64,000 nt of DNA, taken from assembly GCA_036785375.1 (NCBI GenBank), contig JAWMAR010000206.1, forward strand, positions 3,720,001 to 3,784,000, written 5' to 3'. The stretch comes from Leucoraja ocellata (Eukaryota). The position numbers were made by a program, and so were the translations under genes. Shown piece after piece: positions 35,904-49,505 of this stretch. The notes under the pieces are model-generated. The model made no database searches. It saw nothing but the letters and a program-made list of their open reading frames with translations, and was not told the DNA's origin. Each line of letters opens with the position of its first letter. The stretch's first letter is position 1.

Positions 35904-36759
35904 TATGTTAAAAACCTGAGGATGATCATCAATATAGTATTGATACATTTTTGTTATTATTGAATGCATCTTGACATAAGGATGATCTGCCTCCACTAAT
36001 TTTTGTTAAAGTCTAAAGAAACGATGAGCAAAATATTTAATTGAAACAATAACTTAGATTTACAGGCCTTTAGTTCAATAAAATATCTCAAGGTCATTGA
36101 CGCTGTTGTGAGAGTGAAGAGGTGGACTTCAAAAATGAAGCAATCTAATATTTAGTCTCTTTAGCACGGAAATAAATTTCCACAATACTAAAGAAAATTA
36201 TGCTGTTATAAATGGGCTTAACCAAGATTATTTTATATTTTTGCATATGTTAAAACCCACACAGGAACATTTTCCCCATGGCTATTCAGTGGGAGTTATA
36301 TCCACTTTGTTATTGTTTTCATGTGTATTTAATAACTCTGCATTAAAAATGATGTCAACAATAATCAAACGCTAAATTCAACTACAGTGGGATTTTAAGG
36401 CTGACTGGACTAAAATGGTCATTCTTATTTGTGTACACAACAGCCAGGTTTTACTAACCCTACATCTCTTGAAGCTGCGTTGTTTAAAGGGTTCAAACTG
36501 ACATCCTTCCTTGGCCTTTGATTCTCAGAATAGTCCTGTTTGCTATGACAATGATGCCCATAGTAGTCTTTACCACTCTCAAGATTATTTTAGTGCAGGC
36601 ATTGATAGATACTACTTTCATGTTATTCAATCATACGGAATCCTCCTTTGCTTGAAGCCTTTAATATCCATTGTCATATGCCTTCTGTTCTTCATCAGTT
36701 TGTCAAGGATCCTATGAACTAGTACAAGCTCACTTTCACATCTTTCACAATACTAAGAG

Positions 36760-38135
36760 CTAGAGTAACTCAGCATGTCAGGCTGGTCATGTAGGAAGAA
36801 ACTGCAGATGCTTGTTGATACCGAAGCTAGATACAAAATGCTGGAGTATCTCAGAGGGACAGGCAGCATCACTAGTGAAAAGGAATTCCTTCTCTCCAGA
36901 GATGCTGTCTGTCCCGTTGAGTTACTCTAGCATTTTCTGTCTATGTCAGGCTGGTATACAGGACATGGATAGGTGACGTTTTGGATTGGGACACTTCTGC
37001 AGACTGACCGTCGTGGGCAGAGAAAAATGGAAAAGAGGTGTTACCAGAACAAAGCCTGGCAAGTGATCGATCGATGCAGGCAAGGAGAGTTTGATTGCCA
37101 GATAGTTGGACAATGGCTAGTGAAATGGATCTAAAAGTATGTCAGATAAGAAGCGAGGAGGAATAAAATGTAAGGCCAGAGGTAGATGGGGTCAGGGGGA
37201 GAGACAATGGGATGGAATAATGGGAGAAATGGGCACAAACTGTGGTAGGGGTGGGAGGTGGGAATGGGGTGGAGGGGGGCAGGAAAGAAAAGGGGAAAGA
37301 AGGGATGGTGTTAAGTAAAATTGAAAAATTCAATATTCATTCTGAAGATTGACACAAAAAGATGGAGTAACTTAGCGGGTCAGACAACATCTCGAGAGAA
37401 AAGTAACAGGTGACGTTTTGGGTCGAGACCCTTCTTCAGACTTTTAGACAATTTTCATTCTGTTGGGTTGTGATCTACCATGTCGCAGATCAAGTGTTGC
37501 CGTCTGACCCACCGAGTTAAGGGGCTGTCCCACTGCGGCGACTTAATCAGCGCGTTCTGGCGTGTTAGCCCTCAACTCACACTCGCAGCATGGTCGACAC
37601 GAGATCCCAGGAGGTCTTTGTAACTCTCCTTCATGCTCAAGGGTAGTCTCCGCATACTCGAGGCCTCAGCTAGGTCGCGGCGTATATTTTTCAACATGTT
37701 GAAAAATGCCCGCGAGTAAAAAAAAGGCCGCCATGGAAAAAATCAATACTTTTTTTCTCGTAGGTTTAGTCGAAGTACGTCGTAGTAGGTTGCCATGATA
37801 TTCGTAGGTAATCGAGGGCAGGCGAAGGTAATTGAAGGTAGTCGTAGATAGTCGTAGAGAGTCTTCAACATAGTCGAAGGTTGAAGGAGATCGAAGGAGG
37901 TCGTCTTCACTCTCCAATTTTCCCGAAGCTAGTTGAAGCTAGTCTTCAACATAGTCAAAGGATGTTGAAGGAGGTCTTCTACATAGTCAAAGGAGGTCTT
38001 CAACATGACATTGTTTTCAAACTCTCCTAAACTCTTCTAAACTCGCGAATTAGGTCGCAGCAATGGGACAGCCCCTTTACTCCAGCATTTTGTTTTTAAC
38101 TCAAGATTCCAGCATCTGCAGTTCCTTATGTCTTG
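36760..38135. mobile_element. Nested Penelope-like 3' ends and terminal repeats
   Basis: Fold-back 36828-36945, purine-rich 3' UTR, GIY-YIG end remnant (AATTCAATATTCAT), core GGTGACGTTTTGGGTCGAGACCCTTCTTCAGA at 37409-37440. Confidence 0.8.
37520..38076 (-). mobile_element. PIF/Harbinger-type MITE inserted in a PLE repeat
   Basis: AGGGGCTGTCCCACT ... AATGGGACAGCCCCT; TTA TSD (37517-37519, 38077-38079). Reverse complement of 10880-11415; the host GAGTTA|CTCCAGC is restored on removal. Confidence 0.93.
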
Positions 38136-38464
38136 ACCTTTTACAATGTCACAACAACCATTCTTCTTACAAAACTGTTCAGTAGCTAGACATTTGTCGT
38201 GGTCGATCCCTAATGATAGGGTTTGGAGGTTTGACCCACTCGGCTGCAAGCCAGCACCAGCAAGATCTTATAATGTATTGGTCTAAAACACTGGAGTAAA
38301 TTTAGCAGTCAGTTTCAACGTGACATTACATAGAGAAACCCAATGTTACTTTTGTGAACATTGTTGAAGATATTGATCCATGTGTGAGTTTCACAAATAG
38401 CTTTTCAATTCTTTTGCGTGCCTTTGAAAGATAGTAATCAACTACACTTCAGTTTTAAGAGAAC

Positions 38465-39072
38465 AAATCTTCCTGCTGTCAATACTGAGAAAATTGAGCC
38501 AAACCTTATGCTTACCCAGGGTCCTACTGACCGTAAATGACAAGAGTGCATTTGCCCTTGGTCAGAATGGTCGTGAATATGTTAAAAATCAATTCAAAAA
38601 TGATTCCATCTGAATGCAGCATAATACTATTATGATATTGGAAAGCAGAAAAATTTAACTCGAATAAAATGTTTATATATCCTTTACCCTTAGGATAATA
38701 ATATGGTGAAAGGATTGTTTATTCGAGAGCATGGTGAGAATAACTGAAGTCTGAGGAAGGGTCTCGACCCAAAACATTACCCATTCCTTCTCCCCAGATA
38801 AATTCTTCCTGCTATCAATACTGAGAAAATTGAGGCAAACCTTATGCTTACCCAGGGTCCTACTGACCGTAAATGGCATGAGTGCCTCTGCACTTAGTCA
38901 GTACGGTCATGAGGATGTTAAAAATAAATTCAAAATTTATTCCATCTGAATGCAGCATAAAACGATTAAGATATTGGAAAGCAGAGAAATTTAACTCAAA
39001 TAAAATGTTACCCTTAGGATAATAATATGGTGAAAGAATTGTGTATTCGAGTACATGGTGAGAATAACTAAA
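38465..39072 (+). repeat. ~280-bp direct duplication (38465-38748 / 38801-39072) separated by a 52-bp PLE fragment
   Basis: Both copies run CTTCCTGCT.TCAATACTGAGAAAATTGAG...CATGGTGAGAATAACT. Confidence 0.93.
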
Positions 39073-40393
39073 CACCAAGAAGTTTATGTACGGAATGAGA
39101 TACAATTTACTACCATTGCTTCTACTATGAAAATTTAGGCACCAAAAAAGAGAAATTATTTTGCTGGAGAATTGGATTGCTTTGAACATTTCATGTTAAT
39201 ATTACTACCAAATCTGTTGAACATGGTCAGATGCAATATACTTGTCACCTTCTCTCTTGGATTTCCAATTGCTTTGTTTCAGACGATGGAAGAGTTAGGT
39301 TGAACCATTGCAAAGCCCATCTGTGTATCTATCTATCTAATCTCGTCTTTTCATGCATTCAACCATCGAGCTGCGATGTTAATCTTGGCACGTCTCTTCA
39401 TATTTTAAAAGATATACTGTGCATTTTCTTCACTTGTAAATTCTGTATTTGATGTACAATTTTATTTCTTTTTGGATTTATTTTTTGAAATCCAATCTTA
39501 AATGGACACCATATATATATTTTTTTTTTAATTGTGTGATTTAGTTTAGTTTTGCTAGGTTTTTAATCTGACAGTAACAGCCACAACAAGTGTAGATTAA
39601 AAAGTCTCTGTGATACTGCTGAACGTGCAGTGAAATTTAACACCCCTTCTCGCTGCAAATCCTGGGCCACGCTGGTCTCAATGGTGCCCACAGAAGATCA
39701 TGTGATTGACCCATACCCTACTAATAATAGTAGCATTAAAGTAAGATGGGGAGGAAGTCTCTCCACACAGGCCCAGCTCTTCCCCGAAGACCAGAGATTG
39801 GAGGATGGAGCCAGCGATGTCGACAGATGTGATGGGTGAAGAGCAAGGTGGGTAGGAGAGGGATCGGCCTACTGTGCCCTCTGGGTCGATGGTGGGAGAT
39901 GCCCCAGGAAACAAAGATTGACTGGCGAGGAGAGGGATGTCGCAGGTTGATCCACATGTCCAAGGAATGCGATGACTGGAGGTCTGCAGCAGCCTGGGGC
40001 TTGCCTGGATCGGGCAACACTCATAAGAACCAGGGCACAGATTGGACTTTGAAAATAGCACTAAAACATGGCACCTCTAGCACGCGGGGTCAATGGACTA
40101 TTTCTGTACACTTTGCTAATTGGGGATTGTGAATAGTTATGGATTGTTTGTAAGAAAATAATTTCACTGCATGTGACTATAAAGCACCATTGAATCATTG
40201 AATTGAACTAATGCCTAGCTCTTTAAATCCTTTTACAATCAAGGATTATGGGAATAAAAATACACAAATTAAACATGGGAGGTGAACAGTATCAAATTAG
40301 AATGCTAGATAGATTCAGGAATTCAAGCTATTAGTCTAATTATTGAACGATAGCAACAAACCATCTTTTTCATAATAATGGATGCATTAATTT

Positions 40394-40460
40394 CACAATG
40401 GAGCACACAGTGGAGCACACAGTGGAGCACACAGTGGAGCAAACAATGGAGTACACAATT
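40394..40460 (+). repeat. 12-bp minisatellite (CACAGTGGAGCA), ~5 copies
   Basis: Direct inspection. Confidence 0.9.
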
Positions 40461-40539
40461 TCAGTGTACACTTCCACCATAGCTGCAGATTTAAAATCTC
40501 CACAGGCATTACCTTTCTATCAGTCTCAACGCCACAACC

Positions 40540-41368
40540 CTGATTGGACTGATCCAGGATGGGGTGGAATTTGACTACAGACAGGAAGTGACACAGCTGG
40601 CATACTGGTGCCTTCGCAACAACCTGGAGCTCAATGCTCTCAAGACAGTGGAATTGATTGTGGACTTTAGGAGAGCTCCCCATCTCCTCCCCACACTTAC
40701 CATCAACAACACCACAGTCACATGTGTGGAGTCATTTAAGTTCCTTGGAACCATCATCTCCAGGTTCTTTAAATGGGAGGCCACCATCGACTCCACAGTC
40801 CAAAAGGCCCAACAGAGGTTGTACTTCCTGCGGCAGCTGAGAAAACACAATCTGCCACAGGAAATGATGGTCCAGTTTTATACTGCCATCATAGAGTCTG
40901 TCCTCACCTTCTCCATCATGGTCTGGTTTGGCTCAGCCACCAAGCATGACATCCGGAGGCTGCAGCCCATCGTTCGATCAGCCGAGAAGGTTGTTGGCTG
41001 CCACCTTCCCCCCATCGATGCAAGGGCCAGGAAGTGAGCAGGTAAGATCATCTCTGACCCCTCTTATCCTGGCCACAAACCCTTGAAGCACCTCCCTCTG
41101 GAAGGCGACTCTGGACTGTCAAAACCGCGACAGCCAGGCACACAAACAGCTTTTTTCTACGAGCAGTAGCTCTACATAACAGCCAAAAGTCTGTAGGCTC
41201 CTTTTGGTCTGGTATTTTATTTAATTCATCACATGTTTAAGTTATAATGTTTTATACTTAATTGTTTACTGTATATCGTGTTGTTACTTATGAGCAAAGC
41301 ACCAAGGCAAATTCCTTGTATGTATACATACTTGGCTAATAACATTTATTCAATTCAATTCAATTCAA
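40540..41368 (+). mobile_element. Rex1/Babar LINE 3' end
   Basis: ORF 40564-41037 (YRQEVTQLAYWCLRNNLELNALKTVELIVDFRR...FKFLG...KAQQRLYFLRQL...IESVLTFSI.VWFG); tail (ATTCA)n. Confidence 0.93.
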
Positions 41369-41639
41369 AACCAACCCAACCTCATTGGCAATGTGAGGTG
41401 GAGATCAATCCTATCCATTCAATCAATGTAACCCTTTCCGATATTTCCAATGTCAGCATTGGATGAAGAGGTGGACTTGTGTTGTCGCTACTTAGTGTGA
41501 GAGATGAATTTGTCCATGGGATGTGTTGGTGGTGAATGGAAAGGCCGGTGCATTCACTGCATTCAAAGTTGTTGGTTGGCCAATTGTTTGAGATCAGTAG
41601 TGGGATTGAAAATAAACATTTGTAGCCTCTATATTCACT

Positions 41640-42178
41640 AAGTAAGTATGTTTATTGGCCAAGTATTCGCATACAAGGAATTTGCCTTGGTGCTCCGCCC
41701 ACAAGTAACAACCTGACATACAGCGACAGTTACGAATGACTCAGAAAATACAAAACATTAATAATAATAAAACATTAATGATAAAACACCATTGATCAAG
41801 CATGTGAACCAATAAAATGCCAGATCAAAGGGAGGCTACAGATTTTGGGCTGTTGAGTAGAGCAACTACTCGTGGATAAAAACTGTTTTTATCTCTGGCT
41901 ATGGCAGCTTTGACAGTCCGGAGTCGCCTTCCAGAGGGAAGTGATTCAAAGAGCTTGTGGCCAGGCTGAGAGGGGTCAGAGATGATCTTGCCCGCTCGCT
42001 TCCTGGCCCTTGCAGTGTACAGTTCATCAATGGAGGGAAGGTTGCAGCCAATAATCTTCTCAGCTGATCGGATGATTCGCTGCAGCCTCCAGGTGTCGTG
42101 CTTGGTGGCTGAGCCAAACCAGACCATGATGGAGAAGGTGAGAACATACTCTACGATGGCCGTGTAGAATTGGACCAT
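41640..42178 (-). mobile_element. Rex1/Babar LINE 3' end
   Basis: ORF 41825-42178 (FYTAIVEYVLTFSIMVWFG...LPSGRRLR...NSFYP). Confidence 0.93.
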
Positions 42179-42344
42179 ATTGGTCGAATGATTAAACAGA
42201 TTGGTTGCTGGTATATAGTTTTCTCAAACTGTTGTTACTCCTCAGCAGCACCCAACCAATTCCTGAACCAAGCACCTCCTTCACACCCCATTGCCTTAGG
42301 TGCGGTCACATACGCTCAACTCCACCTTATTCAGTTATTCTCTT

Positions 42345-42640
42345 TAGTTTAGTTTAGTTTAGTTTAGTTTAGAGATATAGAGTGGAAACATGCCCTCCAG
42401 CCCACCGATTCCGCCCCAACAAACTCTATCCTACACACACACAAGAGACAATTTAGAATTATGCCAAGCCAATTAACCTACAAATCTGTATGTCTTAACC
42501 TACAAACCTATATGTCTTTGGAGTGAGAAATCCCATGCAGGTCACAGGGAGTACGTACTAACTGTACAGATAAGCACCCGTAGTCAGGATCAAACCCGGG
42601 TCTCTGGCACTGTAAGGCAGCAACTGTACCACTGTGCCAC
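42345..42640 (-). mobile_element. V-SINE (HE1-like)
   Basis: (TTTAG)n tail, internal 22-bp duplication, tRNA-like head. Confidence 0.88.
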
Positions 42641-42654
42641 CTGTTATGATATGT

Positions 42655-42942
42655 TCTATTTAAGAATAAGGGGTAAGCCATTTAGAACGGAGACAAAGAA
42701 ACGCTTCTTCACACAGAGCGTTGTGAGTCTGTGGAATTCTCTGCCTCAGAGGGCGGTGAAGGCTGGTTCTCTGGATAATGTCAAGAGAGAGCTAGATAGG
42801 GCTCTTAAAGATAGTGGAGTCCAGGGATATGGGGAGAAGGCAGGAACGAGGTACTGATTAGGGATGATCAGCCATGATCACATTGAATGGCGGTGCTGGC
42901 TCGAAGGGCTGAATGGCGTACTCCTGCATCTATTGTCTATTG
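42655..42942 (+). mobile_element. CR1 3' end
   Basis: FFTQSVVSLWNSLPQRAV; tail CTATTGTCTATTG, same subfamily as 35470 and 58231. Confidence 0.92.
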
Positions 42943-42999
42943 CTCTACCTTGATTTTTCATTTTAACTTTGCACCTTTCTGCTGTTTTGCACTTGTTAT

Positions 43000-43293
43000 T
43001 TAGACTTTAAACATACAGTGCGAAAACAGGCCCTTTGGCCCACCGAGTCCTTGCTGACTCCAACCACTAACACTATCCTACACACTGGCAGTTATTTACA
43101 ATTTTAACTAAACCAATGAACCTGCAAACCTGTAAGTCTTTGGAATGTGGGAGGAAACTGGATCACCCAGCCAAAACCCACGCACTCATTGGGAGAACGT
43201 GTAAACTCCGTACAGACAGTACCCGTAGTCAGGATCGAAGCCGGGTCTGTGGCACTGTAAGGCAGCAACTCTACTGCTGCACCGCCATGCTGC
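43000..43293 (-). mobile_element. V-SINE (HE1-like)
   Basis: Full head, V-domain and tail on the minus strand. Confidence 0.9.
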
Positions 43294-45124
43294 CCAGTGA
43301 GAAAACAGAACATTTTTTCCTGAACCTATATATGTGATAATTATTGTAGTTCTTGTTTTTTAGTTGTATTTATTGTTCCACAGTATGCGTTACTGTTTAC
43401 TCTGTGAACTTTATAAGAACCAGTAATTTCATTGCACACAGGCGTGTATGACAATAAACTAATTTAATCTAGCTTCAAGGTGAGCAAGAGATCCAGTGTA
43501 TCCACTCCTCCCCCACCCCCCCACCCACTTCCCCACTCCTCCCCCCCTCCCCCTCCCTTCATCTGCCTAATCAATAATTTGGTGGACTTCCACACCATTC
43601 CCTGATCAGTTGCCCAGCATTTCCCTCCCCTCCCCACCCAAACTCCCCTACCCCAAGCATTCTGACTCACCACTCTGAACATCTATATTCCAGGAGCCTC
43701 AAACAGCTGGAGCCTGTCCATATTCATAGGTCCAAGTGCCCCAAAAAATCTTGTTAGGAGTATGTTTACTTGGTATTGGAAGATCAATGATGAAGGACCG
43801 GCTCACGAATGATTAGCAGGGTTTTTTTTAGGTTGATGTAGCACCATGCATCCACATGCCCAAAGTACAGGTAAATCCAGCATTTGCAACTATCTGCATT
43901 GGTATGGATGGTGCATCCCATTGGAAATTGGAGCAGTGTTGGTTTCTGTGTTAAGCCAATGATCTATTGTTCCATTTGGTTTGCAGCATGGGAAATATAA
44001 TAATATGAGAATAATGTCAATTGATTATGAAGTCACACATTTCCCAGAAAGTAAGGAACACTGCCAGTGTCAATCAGGGTTATTTGGTTAGAACTAACCA
44101 GGGGAAAATATAGTGCAACCCCAGGGACTTGTCACAAAAGAGACATTGAACATTAATTATCCATTCCATCAAATTAGATGCTTTGCACTATTTATTTTCT
44201 CTCCCTTCCACAACACCTCATTATCATTTACGTAAGCTTCCGTCTTCTATAACTGAAGCTGTACATCCTAAACCTAGTTTTTATGGCAATGCTGCATTTG
44301 CTAAAGATTCCATGTAGATATTTCCTGAAGAATCTGGAATACCATCTCCCTTGAGCCATTTCTTCTCCAGTGAGGCTCCTAATGTTATGAGTCAGCGAGT
44401 GCAAATGCAATAGAGCTTTCTAGGCAGGTAGTGTTGCGCATTGCAGTGGAGCAATCTTTAACTACAATATTATCTTGTGTATCAGGCTTGACTTTGTAGC
44501 TAAGATTTATCACAACTGTATTTCAACTTTGAAATGTGGCTTTATTTTGAGAAATGTTTGTCATCAAAGATTATTTTGGAGATCTATAAGCAATGGTGCT
44601 TTTATAAAATAAATTGATTTCCCTCGCAGCTTTTGCACTGTGATTGTTCTCCAGCGCAATAGTTTTCTGTCTGTCTTCCATCATCCATTTTTTTGTTCAT
44701 TAGAAAAATACATTGAAAATTTTCCATTAGCATGCTTAAACATTAAAATCAATTTAAGTATAATGACCTTTGAAGACAGGACCAGCCTGCAGAAATGCTG
44801 ATATTTTTGTTTGACATAATGTTCTCGACATTGAGAAATGGCTGAACTTCCAAATACCAACTGCACGTTTTAAAGGACTATTTGTTACACAATCCATTTA
44901 GTCTGAGCATTTCAGAAATAAATTTACATGTTGCTGTTGCTGCACAGCTAGGCTTTTTGACAATCGATATTTAATGGTGACCAGTGATATAATCAAGTGT
45001 ATGTGACAAGCAGATGTGTAAAGCTATACAGTACGTCTATCAGATAAAGAAAACAAAATTAAAATGCACAGAAAAGATGAGCGCATTATTCTCTGAAATG
45101 TAGGTATTAATGGATTTTATCAAT

Positions 45125-46030
45125 TAGAACACAGAACAGTACAGCACAGGGACATGCCCTTCAGCCCACAATGTCTGATCTAAAGATAATGCCCAGACCA
45201 ACTCTTCTTGCAGCATGAAGTGTAGATAGTCAAACTGACGAAAGACTGTGTCCAGAACTCTATACAATTTCTTGGGGTCTTGAGGAGACCAGTTTTCAAA
45301 CCAAGTTGAGATGCATCCTTAATAGGATCCTTTTTAATGCAGCATTTGTAGAAATTGGTAAGAGTCATTAGAGTCGTGTTTCCTTTGTCTCTTGAGGAAG
45401 GAGAGGCATTGGTATGCTTTCTTGGCCACGAGGTCAATGTGATTGGTCCAGGAAAATGGCTGGTGATATATATGTTAAGGGAACTTGAAACTCTTGACCA
45501 TCTTCACTTCAGCACCACTAATATTGACTGGAGCATATATTCCACCGTAATTTATGAAGTTGATGACTTAGTTTTGCTGAGATTGAACATATGCCTGTTG
45601 TCTTGACACCATGTAATTAAGTGCCGTATATCCTACCTAAACTCCATTTCATCATTGTTCAAGTTACGGCCTGCATCAGCGATGCCATCTGCAAACTTGT
45701 AAATTGAATAACAGCAGGATTTGGCCGCCTAGCCATGAGAGGAGGGGGAGTAAATTAAGGGACTGAGAATGCAACCTGATGGGCCACAAGTGTTGGGAGT
45801 TATTGTGGAGGATGTTTTGTCGTGTATACTTATTGCAGTCTATGGGTAGGAAGGCATGGATCCAAATGCAGAGAGGGGTGGTGAGTCCTTTGTCCAAGGC
45901 TTTAGGGATATGTTTGGTTGGAATTATGGTGCTGAAGGCAGAGCTACCATCAATAAATAAAGAGACAAACTTAAGTGTCCTTGTTTTCCAGTTCTTGCAA
46001 GATTGATCAGCATGGGAGTAGGGAGAGGTT
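45125..46030 (-). mobile_element. Old Rex1/Babar RT fragment (with a short CR1-like tail at the left)
   Basis: LFIDGSSAFSTIIPTK...LCIWIHAFL resembles Rex1 LFIDYSSAFNTIIP..LCNWILDFL; GCCATCTGCAAACTT encodes KFADG. Confidence 0.8.
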
Positions 46031-48242
46031 AAAGATGTCCACAAATACTTCTACCGGGTGATCCGGGCATGATTGGAGGACTTGGTAGGTAACTCTGTCC
46101 GGGCAAGTTGCTTTCTGTGGCTTCACTCTTAAATATCAATAATTGAGTGATAAATAATGGCATTGCACAAAATATCTCATTCATCTTCAAAATAGTGCTG
46201 AGGGTTATCTTTGGTCATGGGACAGGACAGAAAGGTCTTAAGTTTAATATAGTCCATTTAGTAAATCCATTAGCACCTACTGAACATATTTATCTCAACT
46301 AAATAATTCTTCTCTCTTAAAGACTGTGTACTCGATCTTCAAAGCAGCAACCCTGCCTTTCAAATGTGGATGTGTTGTGAATACACTGTCGGTAGCAACC
46401 AAAATTGGTGACCATGAACTACCTGCGTATATTTATATAGGTGATAAATGACTTGGATTTCCACCCAGGATTTATTTTTTCCGCTGCTATTTATTGAACT
46501 CCATGTATTTGGGCTCAGCTATAAAATCTGAATCTCCCAAACTATCGAGCCAAGGGCTCATAACGCACAGAAACAGGCCCTTGAGTCAAACTCCTCCATA
46601 CCAGATCATCTTTTGCTGTCCATTTTCTTCTTTGACTTTTAATGATTCACTATTCCTTGAAAATATTTTTTTTGTTTTGCTATTGGATTACCCGTACTTA
46701 TTTTAAGATTCAGGAAAATGAACCTTTAACAAAATGAAGAAGATTCCTAGTTGGGGTAAAACCGTCCACACTTGCTCAATGCTCATTGAGGCAATGTGGA
46801 TGTAAATGCACTGTGCCAGAGTTGTAACAAAACTGAGAGAGCATTATTATTTTGTAAGCAATCATTTTTAAATTATTACCTTGCAATTCCTCAACCATTT
46901 ATTGGGGGCTTAAATCAGTTTGGAAAAAGTTTTTAATGGAATTGTGAACCAATTCGAATTTTAAAACTGATTTTCTATATTTAATTCCAAGTAATTTAAC
47001 CATTTTAAGAAACATTTACATTTCTATAACCGAAGAGCTAAAAAAAACCCCACGTACCTAAAGATGGAAAAAAACAGGAAGGATGACCTGTAATTTGGGT
47101 TGAAGAGGCAGAGACATTGGGAACATTGTGTTTCTGGAAGAGATTACATTGATTGGGAAGGGGTGAGGATATAAATGGATTTAAACAGGATGTTAGGATT
47201 CTGCAATTGATGTATCGATGCACTGAGTGAACATAGATATTCCAGGAATAAACACGATGGATGAAAGTGACACATTGCTGGCATAATTTATTCCTATATA
47301 ACACCTGGGAGAGTAATGTATTGGGACAGTTCCTTGGCGAGTAGGGCTTTGGATTATGTCATACAGTGGATGTACATAAAATTGTCTCTGTTGGCCTAAT
47401 ATATGACTCTTTCCACCCAATCTATCTGTTTCTACATGGCCTTTGTTGTAGTTCGAGATTCTTTTATGCATTCGGCTTTGGATTTGTTTGCTGCACTTTT
47501 GAAATGTGGCATGAATATTCATAAACCCATTTAAAAACATCTTCAAGGGGTCATTTATATTTTATAACCCAATCAAATGTATGTTTTCAGATTCAAAATC
47601 ATAGGTCTAATAAAGGAGGATACTTACTTTCGATATCATCAAGTGCAAATAGCACTATAAGGAAAGATCTGGTCTTTTACCATATGGAGTCACACCTTGC
47701 TAATAATACAAACTGCCTCAGAGAAGGTTGTTTATACAAAAACATTTTTCAATGGGAAAGCAATATCAAAACTGCCTGCAGCCTACTCTTTATAACTTTA
47801 ATCAATTTGCTTTTGTACAGCGCCAGAGAATCATGGCTTTCCATTTCTCTCAATTCTATAAATCTACATATTGCAATAATGTTAGTCAATGCTTCAAATC
47901 TATTTAATTTCATAGAATCACAGAAACATTGAGGTCCAGAAGGAGGACATTTATCCTGGCAAGTGCATACTGATTTTACAGACAAATAAAGTCGCTCCCC
48001 TGCCCTCCCCCCATAGCTGTGTGAACTCTATCCTTTAAGATACTTATCTGACATATTTTTGTAGGTCCCAATTTAATCTAATTTGATTTGTACTCCTACA
48101 CTGCATTCAAGAATATTTAAAACAAATTGTAAATGTTATTTTAGGGGCTCTTTTTGCAAATCACCCTCATTCTATGTCCTTAACTCTTTAGCTCTCAGCT
48201 AATCTTCACATCTACTCAGGCTCTCCCTTTTGTGGTTTTAAA

Positions 48243-48995
48243 TATAACCATATAACCATATAACAATTACAGCATGGAAACAAGCCATCTCGGTCCTTCT
48301 AGTCCGTGCCAAACACTTATTCTCCCTTAGTCCCATCTACCTGCACTCAGATCATAACCCTCCATTCCTTTCCCGTCCATATAACTATCCAATTTATTTT
48401 TAAATGATAAAATCAAATCTGCCTCCACCACTTCCACTGGAAGATCATTCCACACCGCTACCACTCTCTGAGTAAAGAAGTTCCCCCTCATGTTACCCCT
48501 AAACTTCTGTCCCTTAATTCTCAAATCATGTCCTCTTGTTTGAATCTTCCCTACTCTCAATGGAAAAAGCTTATCCACGTCAACTCTGTCTATCCCTCTC
48601 ATCATTTTAAAGACCTCTATCAAGTCCCCCCTTAACCTTTTGCACTCCAAAGAATAAAGACCTAACTTGTTCAACCTTTCTCTTTAACTTAGTTGCTGAA
48701 ACCCAGGCAACATTCTAGTAAATCTTCTCTGTACTCTCTCTATTTTGTTGATATCTTTCCTATAATTTGGCGACCAAAATTGTACACCATACTCCAGAAT
48801 TGACCTCACCAATGCCTTGTACAATTTTAACATTACATCCCAACTTCCATATTCAATGCTCTGATTTATAAAGGCCAGCACACTAAAAGCTTTCTTTACC
48901 ACCCTATCTACATGAGATTCCACCTTCAGGGAACTATGCACAGTTATTCCAAGATCCCTCTGTTCAGCTGCATTCCTCAATCGCTACCATTTACC
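48243..48995 (-). mobile_element. Young CR1 LINE 3' end
   Basis: ORFs 48684-48980 and 48327-48674, nearly identical to 23691-24197. Confidence 0.96.
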
Positions 48996-49139
48996 ATAAA
49001 TGGTTCTATTAGATCTTGTAATCTATTGTGTCCCAAGGAAAACAACCCTGGCCACTCTGGTTTATTAACATAGCTAGGTAATCTCATTCCCAAAATTATG
49101 CTGATACATTTCTGATATATGACTATTCCTTGGAGCACA

Positions 49140-49505
49140 GGAGAGTGAGGGGTGATCTTATAGACATGTACTGTATAAATCATGAAGGAATAAATAGGGT
49201 GGATGCAGGATGAATACCCTGTTTTTTTCCAGGGTAGGGGGACCAAGAACTAGAGAGCATAGGTTTAAAGTGAGGGAAAAAATTAATAGGAACCTGAGGG
49301 GAAACATTTTTGCACAGAGTATGGTGGGTATCTGGAACGAGCTGCCAGAGGAAGTAGGTGAGGAGGCTACAATAACAGCACTTAAAATACATCCAGACAG
49401 GTAGGTACATGCAAGGGAAAGATTTAAAGGGATATGGTACTGTGAGATCTGGCATCTTGGTTGGCATGGGGAATTTGGGAAGGGCCTGATTTTTTATTCT
49501 ATGAC
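49140..49505 (+). mobile_element. CR1 3' end (degenerate)
   Basis: PRTREHRFKV...LRGNIFAQSMVGIWNELP. Confidence 0.85.

Noticed and set aside
40564-41037. 157-aa host CDS
   Set aside because: Rex1/Babar ORF2 fragment with a downstream deletion.
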